DNA of 64,000 nucleotides from Tubulanus polymorphus (taxonomy: Eukaryota; Animalia; Nemertea), in the NCBI RefSeq assembly GCF_964204645.1, contig NC_134031.1, positions 7,006,001-7,070,000 of the forward strand, given 5' to 3'. The position numbers and the translations under genes are program-made. The notes beneath the pieces were generated by a model. The model made no database searches. It was given only the letters and a program-made list of their open reading frames with translations, and was not told the origin of the DNA. Of the stretch, positions 47,435 to 60,250 are shown one piece after another; position 1 is the stretch's first letter, and each line of letters opens with the position of its first letter.

Positions 47435-48532
47435 TCATATCCGGACGTGGACGGTTTTACATTTCTGCATCGTCAACCGAACAACAGCAAGTCTGAATTT
47501 ACTATTAGACAAACAATAGACTAAAAAGTTCATACATGAATCTACCACAGTTAAACCGATGGCGATTTTTCGCCGAACATTCAGCGTGTCCGAATGATTT
47601 AAATTACCTATGGGGGTATACATGAAACCAAAACCAGCGTAAGACATTCTTTCAATAAATACCAAACATTCGAATGCGACAAATACAACAACAAGAGCAA
47701 ACGACATTCGCAATGCACGTAACTCTAACGTGTTGGAAGTTTGATTCTTTATTGCTGAACTTCTACCAATTCGTGAAAATTTGATCACAATCAGAGCCAT
47801 AATCAAAATGACGTTTACGCTGACAAGCGCGACCATAGGAGCGATGATACTTGATACTGCACCCCACCAGCCTTCTACATGAATCTTCCAAAAATGAATT
47901 ATCTGGTAGTAAGCCACAAACCTATCTTGCTTTAGTGTAAATAAGTAGTGAATACAACCCTGCGGCACAAGAATTTGGACCGGAATAAACGACGGAAGGA
48001 AAAAACAAAAACTGAAAACATTTATCAATAATATGATACAATTCACTACTTTTCGTGTCCAGAACAATCTCGATTTTAACGGGAAAATTGAAACCACAAG
48101 TCTTTCTAAACTGATAAGAATAACGCACCAGTTTCTTGTCAGTTGAAACATATAAAACGGTCCTAAGGCAATTTGTATAAATTCCCAGCCAAAGAACCAA
48201 TCATCTAGACGAAAAATGATATCCCCAAAATGTATATAGAGGTGAATTGCGCGTAGAGGGTACATGACGAACACACTTGACGAATAACATATGTCGAAAA
48301 TAGCGAGAACTTTGAGTAAATAGTAAACATCCTTGTTCATCTTTTCAAGGCTAAAATTGTTATGATGTTCAAAGTGATGCCCAATATAGTGACGGGTCCG
48401 TAAAAGAAAATGTAGATATAAACGCTGATTTGATAAGCCAAGCGGATTGGCCGCGTAGCCCGAGCCCAATGGCAACCGATAGACCACACTTGTTGTAGTT
48501 GACAGAACTGTACTGTTTGAATAGCTCATCAT
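47435..48532 (-). CDS. Intronless class A GPCR (FMRFamide/sex-peptide-receptor-like group) with TM1 out of frame; probable pseudogene or indel artefact
   Basis: TM2 LKVLAIFD, TM3 NWCVILISLERLVVSIFPL, TM5 IIAP, TM7 DSCMNFLVYCLSNSKFR. The TM1 sequence YIFFYGPVTILGITLNIITILAL is encoded in the +1 frame at about 48340-48440. Confidence 0.8.
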   Translation of the reverse strand: MMSYSNSTVLSTTTSVVYRLPLGSGYAANPLGLSNQRLYLHFLLRTRHYIGHHFEHHNNFSLEKMNKDVYYLLKVLAIFDICYSSSVFVMYPLRAIHLYIHFGDIIFRLDDWFFGWEFIQIALGPFYMFQLTRNWCVILISLERLVVSIFPLKSRLFWTRKVVNCIILLINVFSFCFFLPSFIPVQILVPQGCIHYLFTLKQDRFVAYYQIIHFWKIHVEGWWGAVSSIIAPMVALVSVNVILIMALIVIKFSRIGRSSAIKNQTSNTLELRALRMSFALVVVFVAFECLVFIERMSYAGFGFMYTPIGNLNHSDTLNVRRKIAIGLTVVDSCMNFLVYCLSNSKFRLAVVRLTMQKCKTVHVRI

Positions 48533-50169
48533 TCGTCTAGCAGCTCCTCACGCCAATGTCAACGACAGGAGTGTAAAATATCATCTCTAAACTTCCAGGC
48601 GTCAGTACACACCCATTTTCAGTAGCAGGTGGCAATTTGCACACTAGTATTTCGTCTTATCCCGAGGTCCTATTTTGACTCAGAAATCAGTTGCACAGTC
48701 AGAGAGCTTTCTGTGGCTAACCTAACAACAAGATCAGTCTAACCACTTTTGGTCTAACAGTCAAACAAAGCAATAGTCACTGATGGGTCCTCAAATAAAG
48801 TATGTAGTTCATATCTTCAAACTTCACAGATCTATGTGCATGTGTTTGTTTGATAATGTAAGAGGCGTGGATCCCATGTTCGAAATACTAAATCACGCTG
48901 TTTGATATTTTAATTGCAGCGTTTCTGCGGCCATCAAGTTTTCCACTCGTGGCGAGTGATGATCCACCAGGTGTCGCTAGTGTGCAGTAGAGACAAGATC
49001 ATACTTTTAGGGATCATTTCTATAGTATGTATCGCTAGGACATCCTAAAGCCGAAACCTGTCGCGACACGGAGTCGTACGCCAAGACTAGATTTACTATG
49101 GTAGCTGATTCGGGCCATGTAAAAATAAAACCACAAATAGTGCAAATTCTATTTTACCTAAACAGTGTTTTAGGGTCATTCTCAAGAAACGCCGCATAGA
49201 TATGGATCTACTGATAACTGATTCACAAAAGTAGAAAATCACTTACTTTTGTTGAATTCAGATTCGCACTTCCAAGCGCGTTTGCGGCATATATGGTTTG
49301 TCATACTTTCGATCGATGGTTTTCGTATGAGATTCCGAAAACATGCCTTTTTTTGCAAAAAAATCTTGTCGGTCAACGAAAATATTAGTCTAAAATATTC
49401 ATGAGATTTTTGTAAAATCCGCAAAGGGGTCGAGAGAATATGTAAAAATTTTTTTTTCGTCCTCCACGAAAACGCGCAAAAACAAATATGACCGCACAAA
49501 AACAAATATTACCGCGCAAAAACAAACTTTTAACGCGCAAAAACGAAATAATCGGTTTTTGCGCACTAAAAGTTTGTTTTTGCGCGGTTCAAAATTTCTG
49601 GTCGAAAGCACCGTTTGTTTTCAAAAATCGTGGTCATATTTTACTTCAGATTTTGCCGATTTTTTCGGAATAATCGAACGATTTAACAATCTCAAATCTT
49701 TCTCAAATCACACAGTCTAACGCAGATATTCGTTTTCTTTCAGAATAATCTTACTTGAAGCGGATTGGATTATCAATAACTAAGTTACGAACTGTTGAAG
49801 TGACATACCTATCGACCGATCTGACGGAGAGTTGGCTCCCTTGTTTTGTTATATATAGTACCTAAGATACTGGGGTCAAAAAATTTTTTTGTCAGGTCCC
49901 TGTGGCGTGGTCACCTGTTGAGTCAAGCGCAAAGCGCGAGCGAGTGGTTGACTCGCAATTTTTAGAATTGATTATTATGAATATGAAGAATTGTTTTCTA
50001 TGTTGTTGATGTAATCTGATAGATCCTAAGTGATCATGTACCATAATTGCTTAGTACTGGAAATTCTTTTCAGAGGACACTGTGATGATTGGATAATGCG
50101 GGATAATTCTCAGGGCTTATACTGCAGTAGAACCTCGTTATAACGACCTCGGATTATCGGTTATTTACT

Positions 50170-52735
50170 AAACCAGGAAGAAAGACACTAAATATTTGGA
50201 TGGATTTATGAAAGCTGTAGGTACTGGAGTGTGTAATGGGTAGTGTAGTGTGATCTTCGTGCATTTGTGGCCAGCACACAGATCACATTGTTCATTGGGG
50301 TTTGGTCCAGGACTCACGAGATTTTCAACAACACGGAAGTTACGTGTAATAAATGATGACTTGAATTGCATGACTACCTACCACCCCTCATTATTGTTGG
50401 AAAACTAAACGTTCCGCACTGACTAAAAATTAGTAATAACATTTTAGAAATGGCCAGAATTTTAACTTAGGTTCTATCTCATTTTTATTTTACAATTGCG
50501 ATTGGTATAATATTTTTTAAACAGCCGTTAAGGCTTCATGTTTCGTCTGCAATTCACTGCAAATAGTTACGCAACTACGCACATTTCAGTGTTTTCGGCA
50601 GCTGTACACTCAATCGGCACCGTTCGTGACTAGCTTCACTGCGGAATTATCATAAATTAGCATCGTCATATCACATCATAAACTTATATTGTGCCTTAAA
50701 ACCCTAACAGCCGAAATAATTGAAATGCACACACGATTTCTATCATCGAAAATTGAGAGAGTGGCCATGTTTGTGTTCTGCTGCTTCGCGTAAATACCGC
50801 GCGGTGGCGCAACCGCGCGGAGTGGGGCTATAGACTGGTTGCCGGTCTCTACCTTCAGTTAGAGACCGGTTGATCCCATCCTCCATTTTACATTTTCGAT
50901 GCATGTCAAACATGTCAATATCGAGTTACTTCCGGGTTAAAATGGCGTCTCATCGAATAAGCGAAACTAGGAGTAATATCAAAATCGCACTGGAATGATT
51001 GATTACAGTAAATCAGCTGATTATCTAAGAATAATAAATGTAAACAACAAAGAAAAGGAAATTTAAAGACCGAAGAAAAGGCATAAAAGGCAAGTATCGA
51101 AATAATCCGCTGATATTTACTCGGAATTCAAACCGACAACTGAATTGATACTTATTCATTTTGTAGGTAAGAAAAAGGGCTCAGCTGCGATAGTCATTCT
51201 GAAGGAACTTGGCCGAAGGGGGACATGCTTTCTTAATCAACCGTATGTGAAATATATTCAGTGAATTGTTGTGTTTATGATGTGAAAATCACTAAAGTCT
51301 GAATAAAGTTTACAATTGTTCAACTCCTTGTCAGTGTTTTGTGAGATCAGATATTTGGATCCACCGCAGCATCTCCACTTATATTCTCGATACAGAAAGT
51401 GAGTTGGGTCAGGCTTGGGTAAGACCAATAATTCAGATCATCTTGATATTCGCAATATTTTCCTCTCCTCATGGACCATAGATGATTTTTGCTAATAAAT
51501 TGAGTATAAAATCCATCAAGAAAAACTCTTTTTTTCTGCCATTCTATATTTATTGTCCACTTCTTGTACACAATCTTATTCAATATACAGATAGCCTGAC
51601 AAGACGATACGTATTTTGTGACATTGCAAATTGTGTGACAACAGAATGACACTGATATCTCGTACTTTACTCGAATCACAAAGACCAAGTCTTGACCAGA
51701 CAGTAGGCTAAATCCATGCTCGCTCGTGTAGTTATTCATAAATTCCAGCTCTTTAAACCCCATCACTGTATCAGAATCAAGGAGTTTCATCGTTATTTGG
51801 AATCTAATTTCATGGCGATTAGTACTGGATTCGTTAATCGCTTTGATTCGTGATTGACGTTAATTTCTGAAATTGAATCAATATGCATATCACCAACAAT
51901 TAAACCTGGATTGACTTTTCAATTCATGTTTCATCCGTTTTTCAAACTTACCATGATTCAACGACAATTCATTCTGTGCACGTTGAGCTCATTCAATTTA
52001 AGACGTATAACTTCTAATTCTTAAGAAATCCTGCGTTGTATCTCAGAAAATCTTCATCAGAACACACACAATGACCTACAATAGACAATCAACAGAATAT
52101 TTGTAAATAAGTATTCATTTAATGTTCACAAGTTTTAAAAGACATTGTCATTGAAGTGAAGTAAGTGGAGTTACCTGTCAATATAATATATTCATCACCC
52201 TGAAATCGACTGCTCCAGTGTCACATTCAGAATAAACAATCAATCTTCTTAAGTGAACAGACAAATTGCCGGTGTCGTGGCCTCTGCTGCATGGCTGGTT
52301 CAATTCAGTACGTCAGTCAGTGGGGATTGGTTTTTCCACTTCAAGTTCGTTGTTGTTGTCGATTGACGACCGTTCCTTTGAGCAGGGTAGATTTTGACGG
52401 CGCTGTAACGGAGACATCATGAATTGTATATCGATATTTTCGAAGCCACACGGAGTACAGGTGCCCGCAGAAGCGTTACCTGATAGTTTTGGTCGAGTCT
52501 CTTTCTTCATTTGTGAAAAAATCGACTTTAAAGCGGTCCATGGAACGTAAATTGAGACACTCTGGAGGCGGCCATGTTACATTGTTCACGTGATGAAATA
52601 CTGAAATCTGATTGGATCCGTATATTCCGCGGAAGATGGCGGACGGGTTAAACCTGTCATATTCTGACTGCGAATGCAGGTGGCGCAGAATTGGACAGGC
52701 GACCAGTCTAAGTGGGGCTAAAAAACGATTTCGAA
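50170..52735. mobile_element. Unclassified insertion (part of a ~3.7-kb insert in the duplicated segment)
   Basis: Similarity to 42338-42520 stops at about 50170 and resumes at about 53895. Contains an unassigned 147-aa ORF (51347-51790,-). Confidence 0.35.
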
Positions 52736-53884
52736 ATTTATGTTTGGTGATCAAGAGTTAGAGGTAGTTGAAGATTATGTTTATCTCGGAGTAAAATTTA
52801 ATTGGAATGGTAACTTTGCTAAGGCAAAAAAGTATCTTTACGATAAAGCTATGAGAGCTATGTTTTCGATCGTTCAAAAAGGCAGACGTTTGAAATTGCC
52901 CATAGATGTTATGTTTAAATTATTTAATATGTGTGTTGCTCCAATAGCCATGTATGGGTGTGAGATCTGGGGATACGAAAATCTTGATTTATTAGAAAAT
53001 ATTCATTGCTTCTTCTGTAAAATCTTAATGAAAGTGACGAAATATTCTCGCAACTTACAAGTTTTATCAGAGCTAGGACGTTATCCTTTGAATCTGGATG
53101 TTAGACGCAGGATGATTAACTTTTAGGTTAAAACAGTATCTGGAAAGCAAACCAAACTTAATTCAATACTTTATAAAATATCTTTCAATTTATTTTTAAG
53201 GGATAAATTTAAGAGTAATAAAGAAAACCTTTGATGACTGTGGTTTGTCCTGCATTTGGACGCAGCAATTCATGACTAACAGTAAATCTTTTTCATAACG
53301 AATAAAACAGATACTCCGTGACCAGCACCTTCAAGAAACTGTATCTGCCATAAATACTTATCCGATATACACTAACTTTAGGCAATATAAAAATGATATT
53401 AGGTTAGAGAAGTATATAATAGAACTTGGTGATGACTTAGGAACTAGTTTATTTGAATTTAGGGTCGGGTCCTATGTTTTACCTGTGAACAAATTTTCAA
53501 ACCTTCATTTAGACAGAGCCGATAGAATATGCCCCACTTGTAATACTTTAGGTGACGAATCCCATTTTCTGTTTGACTGTACCTTACTTAACGAACCCCG
53601 CAAAAACTATTTGAATTTGAATACCTTTAATACCCTTGATATTCTGAAAAACCCAACGGTCAAATTAGGAAAATTCATTAAGACCGGCTTAGATGTATAT
53701 AGATCCCTCCAATAGTATATATAGTATTGTAAATAGTTGATGTATATATATTTTGTTACGTTTTCATTCTCTAAATGTTAATCACTTCAATGTTGTTTTG
53801 TAAATATTTGTATATACATGTGTAATAGTTTTCCTCCATATACCATGGAAATGGTTGGAGTAATCGTAATCGTAATCGTAATCG
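52735..53884 (+). mobile_element. 5'-truncated LINE (RTEX/CR1-group) ORF2 C-terminus with (taatcg)n tail
   Basis: YVYLGVKF...LFNMCVAPIAMYGCEIWG...ELGRYPL, then RICPTCNTLGDESHFLFDC (CCHC motif), with internal stops and frameshifts. Tail (taatcg)x4 at 53861-53884. Confidence 0.85.
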
Positions 53885-54070
53885 GGCCGAAACGTCTTGA
53901 ATTTCCACCCAAATAGGACAACGTTGATAATATGTTATTGGATATACGTAACAAACTATCGGTTGTATATAAGAACAGATTTGCTGGTCCCTTGAAGTTC
54001 GCTGTACCGAAGTTCTGCTGAGTTGCTAATCGGTTTATTTAACTAATGTAAGTTTTTGATTGAAGTTTGA

Positions 54071-54130
54071 AATGAATGAATGGATGAATGAATGAATGAA
54101 TGAATGAATGAATGAATGAATGAATGAATG
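54071..54130. repeat. (gaat)n microsatellite
   Basis: Read directly. A shorter version lies at about 42957-42972 in the paralogous segment. Confidence 0.9.
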
Positions 54131-54673
54131 TTTTCATGATATTCAATGTAGTTTTTGTTTTTTTTTTCAACTGTGGAATTAAAGGCTGCTATCGGATTTG
54201 TTTCATAGTCGTTTCTTTTTTAAGTGCTCGTTTAACGTTTTCGTGTCCAGCTGCGCGCACCTCCCGTGCTTTGTTGTACGATAGCCTCGTCGTGTTGTTC
54301 GTCGTTCACTTCTCAATATTGAATCAACTAAACTCTTAGTGGAGTGAGGAAGACACTTCGTACACTGCTAAGATCGCGGAATATTCTTATGGCCGGCGCT
54401 CCTCCAACTTTTGAAATCGGGACTCGGATGGGCAGTCGAGTCTGTTGGACAGCCCTCCCCCGCCAGCATCGGCCTAAAGGCCGATCGAAACCATGGATGT
54501 TTGCCGTTCTATTGAGACAAACAGGCGATACTCTTTGGAGGTTTCTTAAACGCTTGAGACAATATAAATCAGTTTTAATCCCACCATACATAAAATCAAA
54601 AGAGTTTAAACGCAATTTAAGGACTGAAGAGACCACCATCACATGTGAATAAAATGATTACGGGGATAAGACA

Positions 54674-54712
54674 TACACGTACACGTACACGTACACGTAC
54701 ACGTACACGTAC
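54674..54712. repeat. (tacacg)n microsatellite
   Basis: About six tandem tacacg units. Confidence 0.9.
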
Positions 54713-55631
54713 ATATACATACCGCATATACATACGCATATACATTGACATTTACATATACATATTTAAAGGATCGATTCAAATTAATTTCAACGAATAA
54801 ATTGAACGTATTGATGAAACCATCCCAATCTACTTTCACGTGCGTAAAGTGGGATCGAAATGCTATCGTTTGATAAATTCAAAACCTGTCGCGTAGAATA
54901 AGTTAACGCTACTCTCGAATTCAAGTATGTCAGTCTGGTCGTTAGAATTTCTCTCACTCCATTATTCACTCGTTTGTGTGAATAGAAAACTTTCACTGAA
55001 AGTATAGTACTGCCTTTACTGGATAAGCCTTCTGTTTAACTGGTCGCAAGAATCAGTCATCTCGATTCTTACCGAGCCAGTTTCTAATGGGCTACTTCTA
55101 ACCCAAGTATCAAGAAAATCCATTTAAGCCTCATTGAATCTTCTCGAAATAACCTGATTTCAGTCTACGGACGAATGGACGGACAAAAAGTGAACTCATT
55201 TGATGTGGCGCTCAAGAAGCGGATTGCTCACGACGAGAGCGTCGACTCTTGATTGGCAACATTATGAGGGGCGATGTAGCTAGGCTCCAGCAGTTATATG
55301 TAATGCCACAGTCCATGGTAATACCAAGGTTCATCACCGAGAAGAATATTATCAGGAAAATAACCGAAAATACTACATCACGTTCCTTCAACTGCATATC
55401 ATTAGTCGTCGGCAGTTCATCAAGTGAACTCCCACCGCGTAAACTTTGGCACTAATCACTTAGATAAACAACCAGAGTCCCAAGGGGCACATAGCCAGCC
55501 TGTCAGCTTTTCATTAAAAGGTAATTAAATGATGCATTCTGTGGGTTACATTTGTCAAAATACACTCCCAGCTCAGAGTCAATACCAATGATTTACACAA
55601 TACAATTGTGTTTTCATAAGTAGCACGGCAT

Positions 55632-55960
55632 CATCCTCCCACGTCAGGGATTCGAACCTGATGGCATCGCTACACTCAACCACGGCACGAACCCCTGCCA
55701 CAGTAGACTGGGTGCGCAGGTGCATGCGCAGCTTTGCCGCACGAAAACTCGCGGCACCAATCTGCCCGATTGCTCGTTGTATAATCACTGAGATAAATTT
55801 GACGGAAGAACAATAAATGGGAAAACCCGGGCTAAAATTAAACGGGATATATAATTGGCTGATAATGACATCATCTAAGCTGCGCGTGTAGCTGCGTACT
55901 CGGTCTAGTGTGGTAGGGTATCTCGATACCGTCAGGTTGGAATGCCTTCCGGGGAGGATG
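55632..55960. mobile_element. Full-length copy of the MITE family
   Basis: TIRs catcctcccacgtcagggattcgaacctgatggcatcg / cgataccgtcaggttggaatgccttccggggaggatg. Confidence 0.75.
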
Positions 55961-57809
55961 CACGGTCAGCGACTGAAGTTGGCAGGAACAAATACCGCAG
56001 ATAAATCTGCTCCCTTGGTCTTGATTTGAATGCGGAATAGACTTGAATTTTCTGAAATTTGCTCAATAAAACAAAATTGAATTGGATTTGTATTATGTTC
56101 AATAGAGTAAAATGGAATTGGATTTGATGTTTCTTTGCAGAATAAATTTGATTAAATTTGCAGTTTGAGCAGATGGCTATTTTAGGGTGCTTGCTATAGC
56201 GGCCTTTTGGACTTTGCTTGGCCATCATAAGAAAGCCTTCTTAATATCATTTTTGGTCTGTTTGTAAATATTCTTATAACATGCTTTCTTATGAAATAAA
56301 TTGAAATTGAAATTGAAAATTGAAATAGCATATCAAGGTCATCCATCCGATTTGAGAAAAAGCTATTTCTTCCCGGACTTTGCTATTTTCTTAGTGCAAA
56401 TAAAAAATACCCCTCCCAAAAAACCAAATCAAATAAAGATTTCACAGAAATCGATCTTGAAATACAACTTTAAATCTTGAAATAAAACCCGGAAGTAAGA
56501 CAGTAGACGATACCGCGTGTTCGCGTGAACACCTGCTGTCCCTGCGGCTAAGCCAATCATAGAGGAGTCTGCTTGCTGAGTATGATTGGCTTTTAAAAAC
56601 GGATATCTTTGCATTCAGATTTTCGCGAAAAAGCTCATATAAATTTTAAAGAGGCCCTTTTTTTCAAAATTCAGCTTCATATGGTTTGGAGAATGGATAA
56701 TGCTTTAATGTATGGATATATGCTCGGTTGCACAGTCAAAGAGCCTTTACGCTGTAAACCATGTCATCTAAATTCGCCCCATTTGTATAGCAATAGGCTC
56801 AGCCTACGGCTGGCCTAGAAATTAAGATTGAAACAGTCAATGCTAAGTAACCCTTCTTTCTTTAGTAGTATTCGAAGCTGTGACCATCTCTGCTGAAAAG
56901 CTACCGGGGCATTACACTAATCCAACGCGTGGTTTGGGATTTCACATGATATTCTCTGTAATGGATTATTTTCAATTGAATGGAATATGATTCCACTTGC
57001 ACACTTATAACCGAAAACATCTAAATTTTTTCAATTTCAATAATTTCACATGATTTGTAATCGATACGAAAGAACGTTGAATTGAGAATATCAAGTGTGA
57101 TGTCCGGTTCGAATCCACTTTCGAACTTAAACCGCAAGCATCTGAATTTTCAATTTCAATAATTTCACATGAATTGTATTCGATACGAAAGAATATTGAG
57201 ATGAAGATATTAAGTATATCTCTGGTGTGAAGCACTGAGAAAGAATTCTATAGATGAAAACTTATCCTGAATTTATCCTAAATTCAATCAATTAGTCGAC
57301 CGTTAGTTTCCACATTTAAATCATACGCAAAATACTTCATGGTAATTTCACCGTTCATTGTAACATATATTACACTATAGTTGGTCTTTATAGCCTAGCC
57401 AACCTCAGCTATAGAAACTAAACGAAAATATGAACTTAGTATGTCTTGTCGAGTTACTCCTGAACGAAAATATGAACTTAGTCATATCATGTGACTCCTG
57501 CTCTCGAATATAAGTATCTCAGTAGACATCACATAAGGCACCAGCAGCAACAGGAGACCATAGACGAGTTTCACAGCGCTCTGAAATCGGATATGATTCC
57601 TTTCATAGCCATGGCTTAGATTTAATGTGAGCTTATATTTAATGAACCGCCAGTTCTGAAGCGAATCTAACACTTTGATATAGAAGTCTTAAGATTTGAG
57701 TGCTTCAAACATTCAGCCAAGGAGGCAAAGCCACTAACACCCACCCGTGATATTTAATCGACAATGATGATGTCGAAACTATCGTATAAATCGCTTATTC
57801 ATTTGACGG

Positions 57810-57823
57810 CCAATATGACGTCA
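57810..57823 (+). promoter_or_regulatory. Adjacent CCAAT box and full CRE (TGACGTCA) upstream of the peptide gene
   Basis: ccaat-a-tgacgtca read directly. A degenerate copy lies at about 60730-60742. Confidence 0.35.
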
Positions 57824-58527
57824 TCGTTACAACTACATATATGAAATAATGATCATTACATTAATAAATGAATGTGGATTAAATGAAGCGTCGTCGTCGT
57901 TGAATTGTCTATTTATCACGATTTTCAGGTGGATATCAAACGACGGACCTCGTATACCCCATCTTAAACCACAGTGTATTTTGGTTTGTGAACATGAAGA
58001 TAAATATATTTACGTTTTCTTGGACCCTTCCCGCCCACGATAACGAACTGCTACCGGTCTCGAAATATTTGCGTCATAAATATTTCATATAAGACCTCAA
58101 AGTTCTACTTTCGTCTGAATTCTAAGTATACTCCCTTGCCTATTCCATCGTCATATTTTGCTGACCCGTTATCATACTCTGTGTGTTGAAGCAGCGTCAA
58201 TAACAAGAAATCGCGCGATAATTCTATGAAACCCTCGAATACACATTTTTTTTGAATCAGCTGTTTGCAATTGTAATAATCGAAAAAGTGGTTTTAAATT
58301 CGCAATGAAATTTAAGATCAGGTTATTTGCGATGTCATATCCAGTTGCCCATCGGTTTTCAAATCGCGCGGGCAACAGAACTTCATATAAGGAGTTCTAC
58401 CAAACATACTAAGCATTATCTCTATCACTCAGCATATTCGGTTTGTAGTTTTGGGGTGCACATACACGCTCACCAGTAACTCCTACTAAAAGTTTTGAAT
58501 TGTATAGGTTTCGTTATAGTTCCTACA

Positions 58528-60250
58528 ATGATAAGTAAGTTTTTGAATATGTTTTTTCATGCAAATAGCATTTTTCAACTGTGTCTTATCGCGGAAACGG
58601 GTAATTTTTTCAGTTATTTTCGTCGCAATGTTTTTCTTGCCGCTTTAGTTAAATGATTTTGTTGTTTTGTTGTGTGCTGCTCTAATGGGCAGAAGTTCAG
58701 GCTTTACTATATCGCTTGCAACAAACGTCCATTGTACAAAGTACATGGTAAGTAAGATTCCCGAAATGACTCATATCAACTTTTTCTGGTAATGTGGTGT
58801 TTTTGTATCGGTTTCAAAACATTTTTACATATATAATTTTTTGTGCAATAAATGAACCAAATGTTATGAAGCAAAAGTTTCAGATGTGAGACCATACACA
58901 AAGCATCGCTTATAGTTGAATTAAGTGAATTATAGATGGACGCCAGGCGTACGCCCCTTAACTAAACACGTATGTGGACACTACAAAGAGTCTAACTTAC
59001 TGACAGGCTGAAACAATGAGGTCAGGGTACGTCCACCTTGGCACTTCGTAGGGTATTTTCCGGCGGTAGTATAACGTGGCCTTCCGTAGAGAAAACCAGC
59101 AGCATTTGGTCAAATTGTTGTTATTATACAAAGAGATCTAGTAAATTATGTTGAAATCTGGCATTAGAAGTAAGATACTTTTCATGTTATATCAATCACT
59201 TCGCAGACAGTTTGCCCTAAAATTCATATTTACTCATCTTCATCCTTTCATTTCATTTTTAAATTTTCTAATTATCAAAATTCATATCTGTGTTTTGTTC
59301 TACTGCGGGGTGTATGGTTCCCCCATTGGGTCCACAGCCAATAATGGCTCCATACATCCGTGTCATGTATGTAATTTAAAGTATGTGTGTACGAAAAAGA
59401 AATTTATATAATGTCCATATATGACGAAATAAAAAATAGAATAAACAATAAAAGAAAGAAAGAAAATAATGCCATAGCAGCGAGATCGAATTTAGCGAGA
59501 TCGAATTTAGAATAACGAACGTGCCGGTTCGGTACTAAAATGTTTGGTTCTTTAAGCAAAACCATCGGACATGAGGACAACTTAAAAAAGAACATTTTAC
59601 TCAACCAATTTATTTTTCTATCAAATTTCTCTTTCGTAATTCTTGGTTGGTTACTTTTCTTACAGAAAATAGATTTTTTTTGTGTAATGCACTATTTGTT
59701 GAATTCGTGTTCATTTTTCTTATTATCTTATAGACAATATTTTAGATAATTGTCTTTCATACTTTGATTAAGATCAGTAAGCCTCCGTAAAATGTTTTTC
59801 TTTTAATTTGAATTATGATAAAGTTAAGATTAGATCAATGGCTGTGTGTCGAAGCGTCATACAGTTAGATTTCATGTATTCCATATTATCCACGAATAGT
59901 GAACTGTTGTAGAACTCATGTGTTAAGTACGCGGCAATTTAAAAATTACTTTTAGCGCGTCAGTCAAATATCCTTAGATAAAATCCTTTTTTGCAAAAGA
60001 TTATGACCCAAATACTATGATAACGTAAGGGCAAATTGAATCGTAATAGTTACATTTATTTTCAGGCAAAATATTGAAATTCGTTGCTGCGCTGTGTGCA
60101 ATTTTTGTGGCCATCTGCGCGATGGCCGCGGCCGATGAAGAAAAAGAAAGAGCAGTAGAGACCAATGATTTGGCGAGGTTAATCCGGAAATTACCACCGT
60201 GTCGCAATCCAACCGGATGTCCCAATAGTAACAAAAATCCCGGTTCCTAA
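58528..60250 (+). CDS. Secreted prepropeptide, 63 aa: MISKILKFVAALCAIFVAICAMAAA-DEEKERAVETNDLARLIR-KLPPCRNPTGCPNSNKNPGS
   Basis: Micro-exon 58520-58534 (ttatag|ttcctacaATGATAA|gtaagt, phase 1) joins exon 60066-60250 (ttttcag|gc) in frame. Clear signal peptide, acidic pro-region and R/K site. TATA-like catataag at 58384-58391 and AATAAA at about 60422. Confidence 0.7.

Noticed and set aside
54344-54652. 102-aa ORF
   Set aside because: No motif, start context or splice support.
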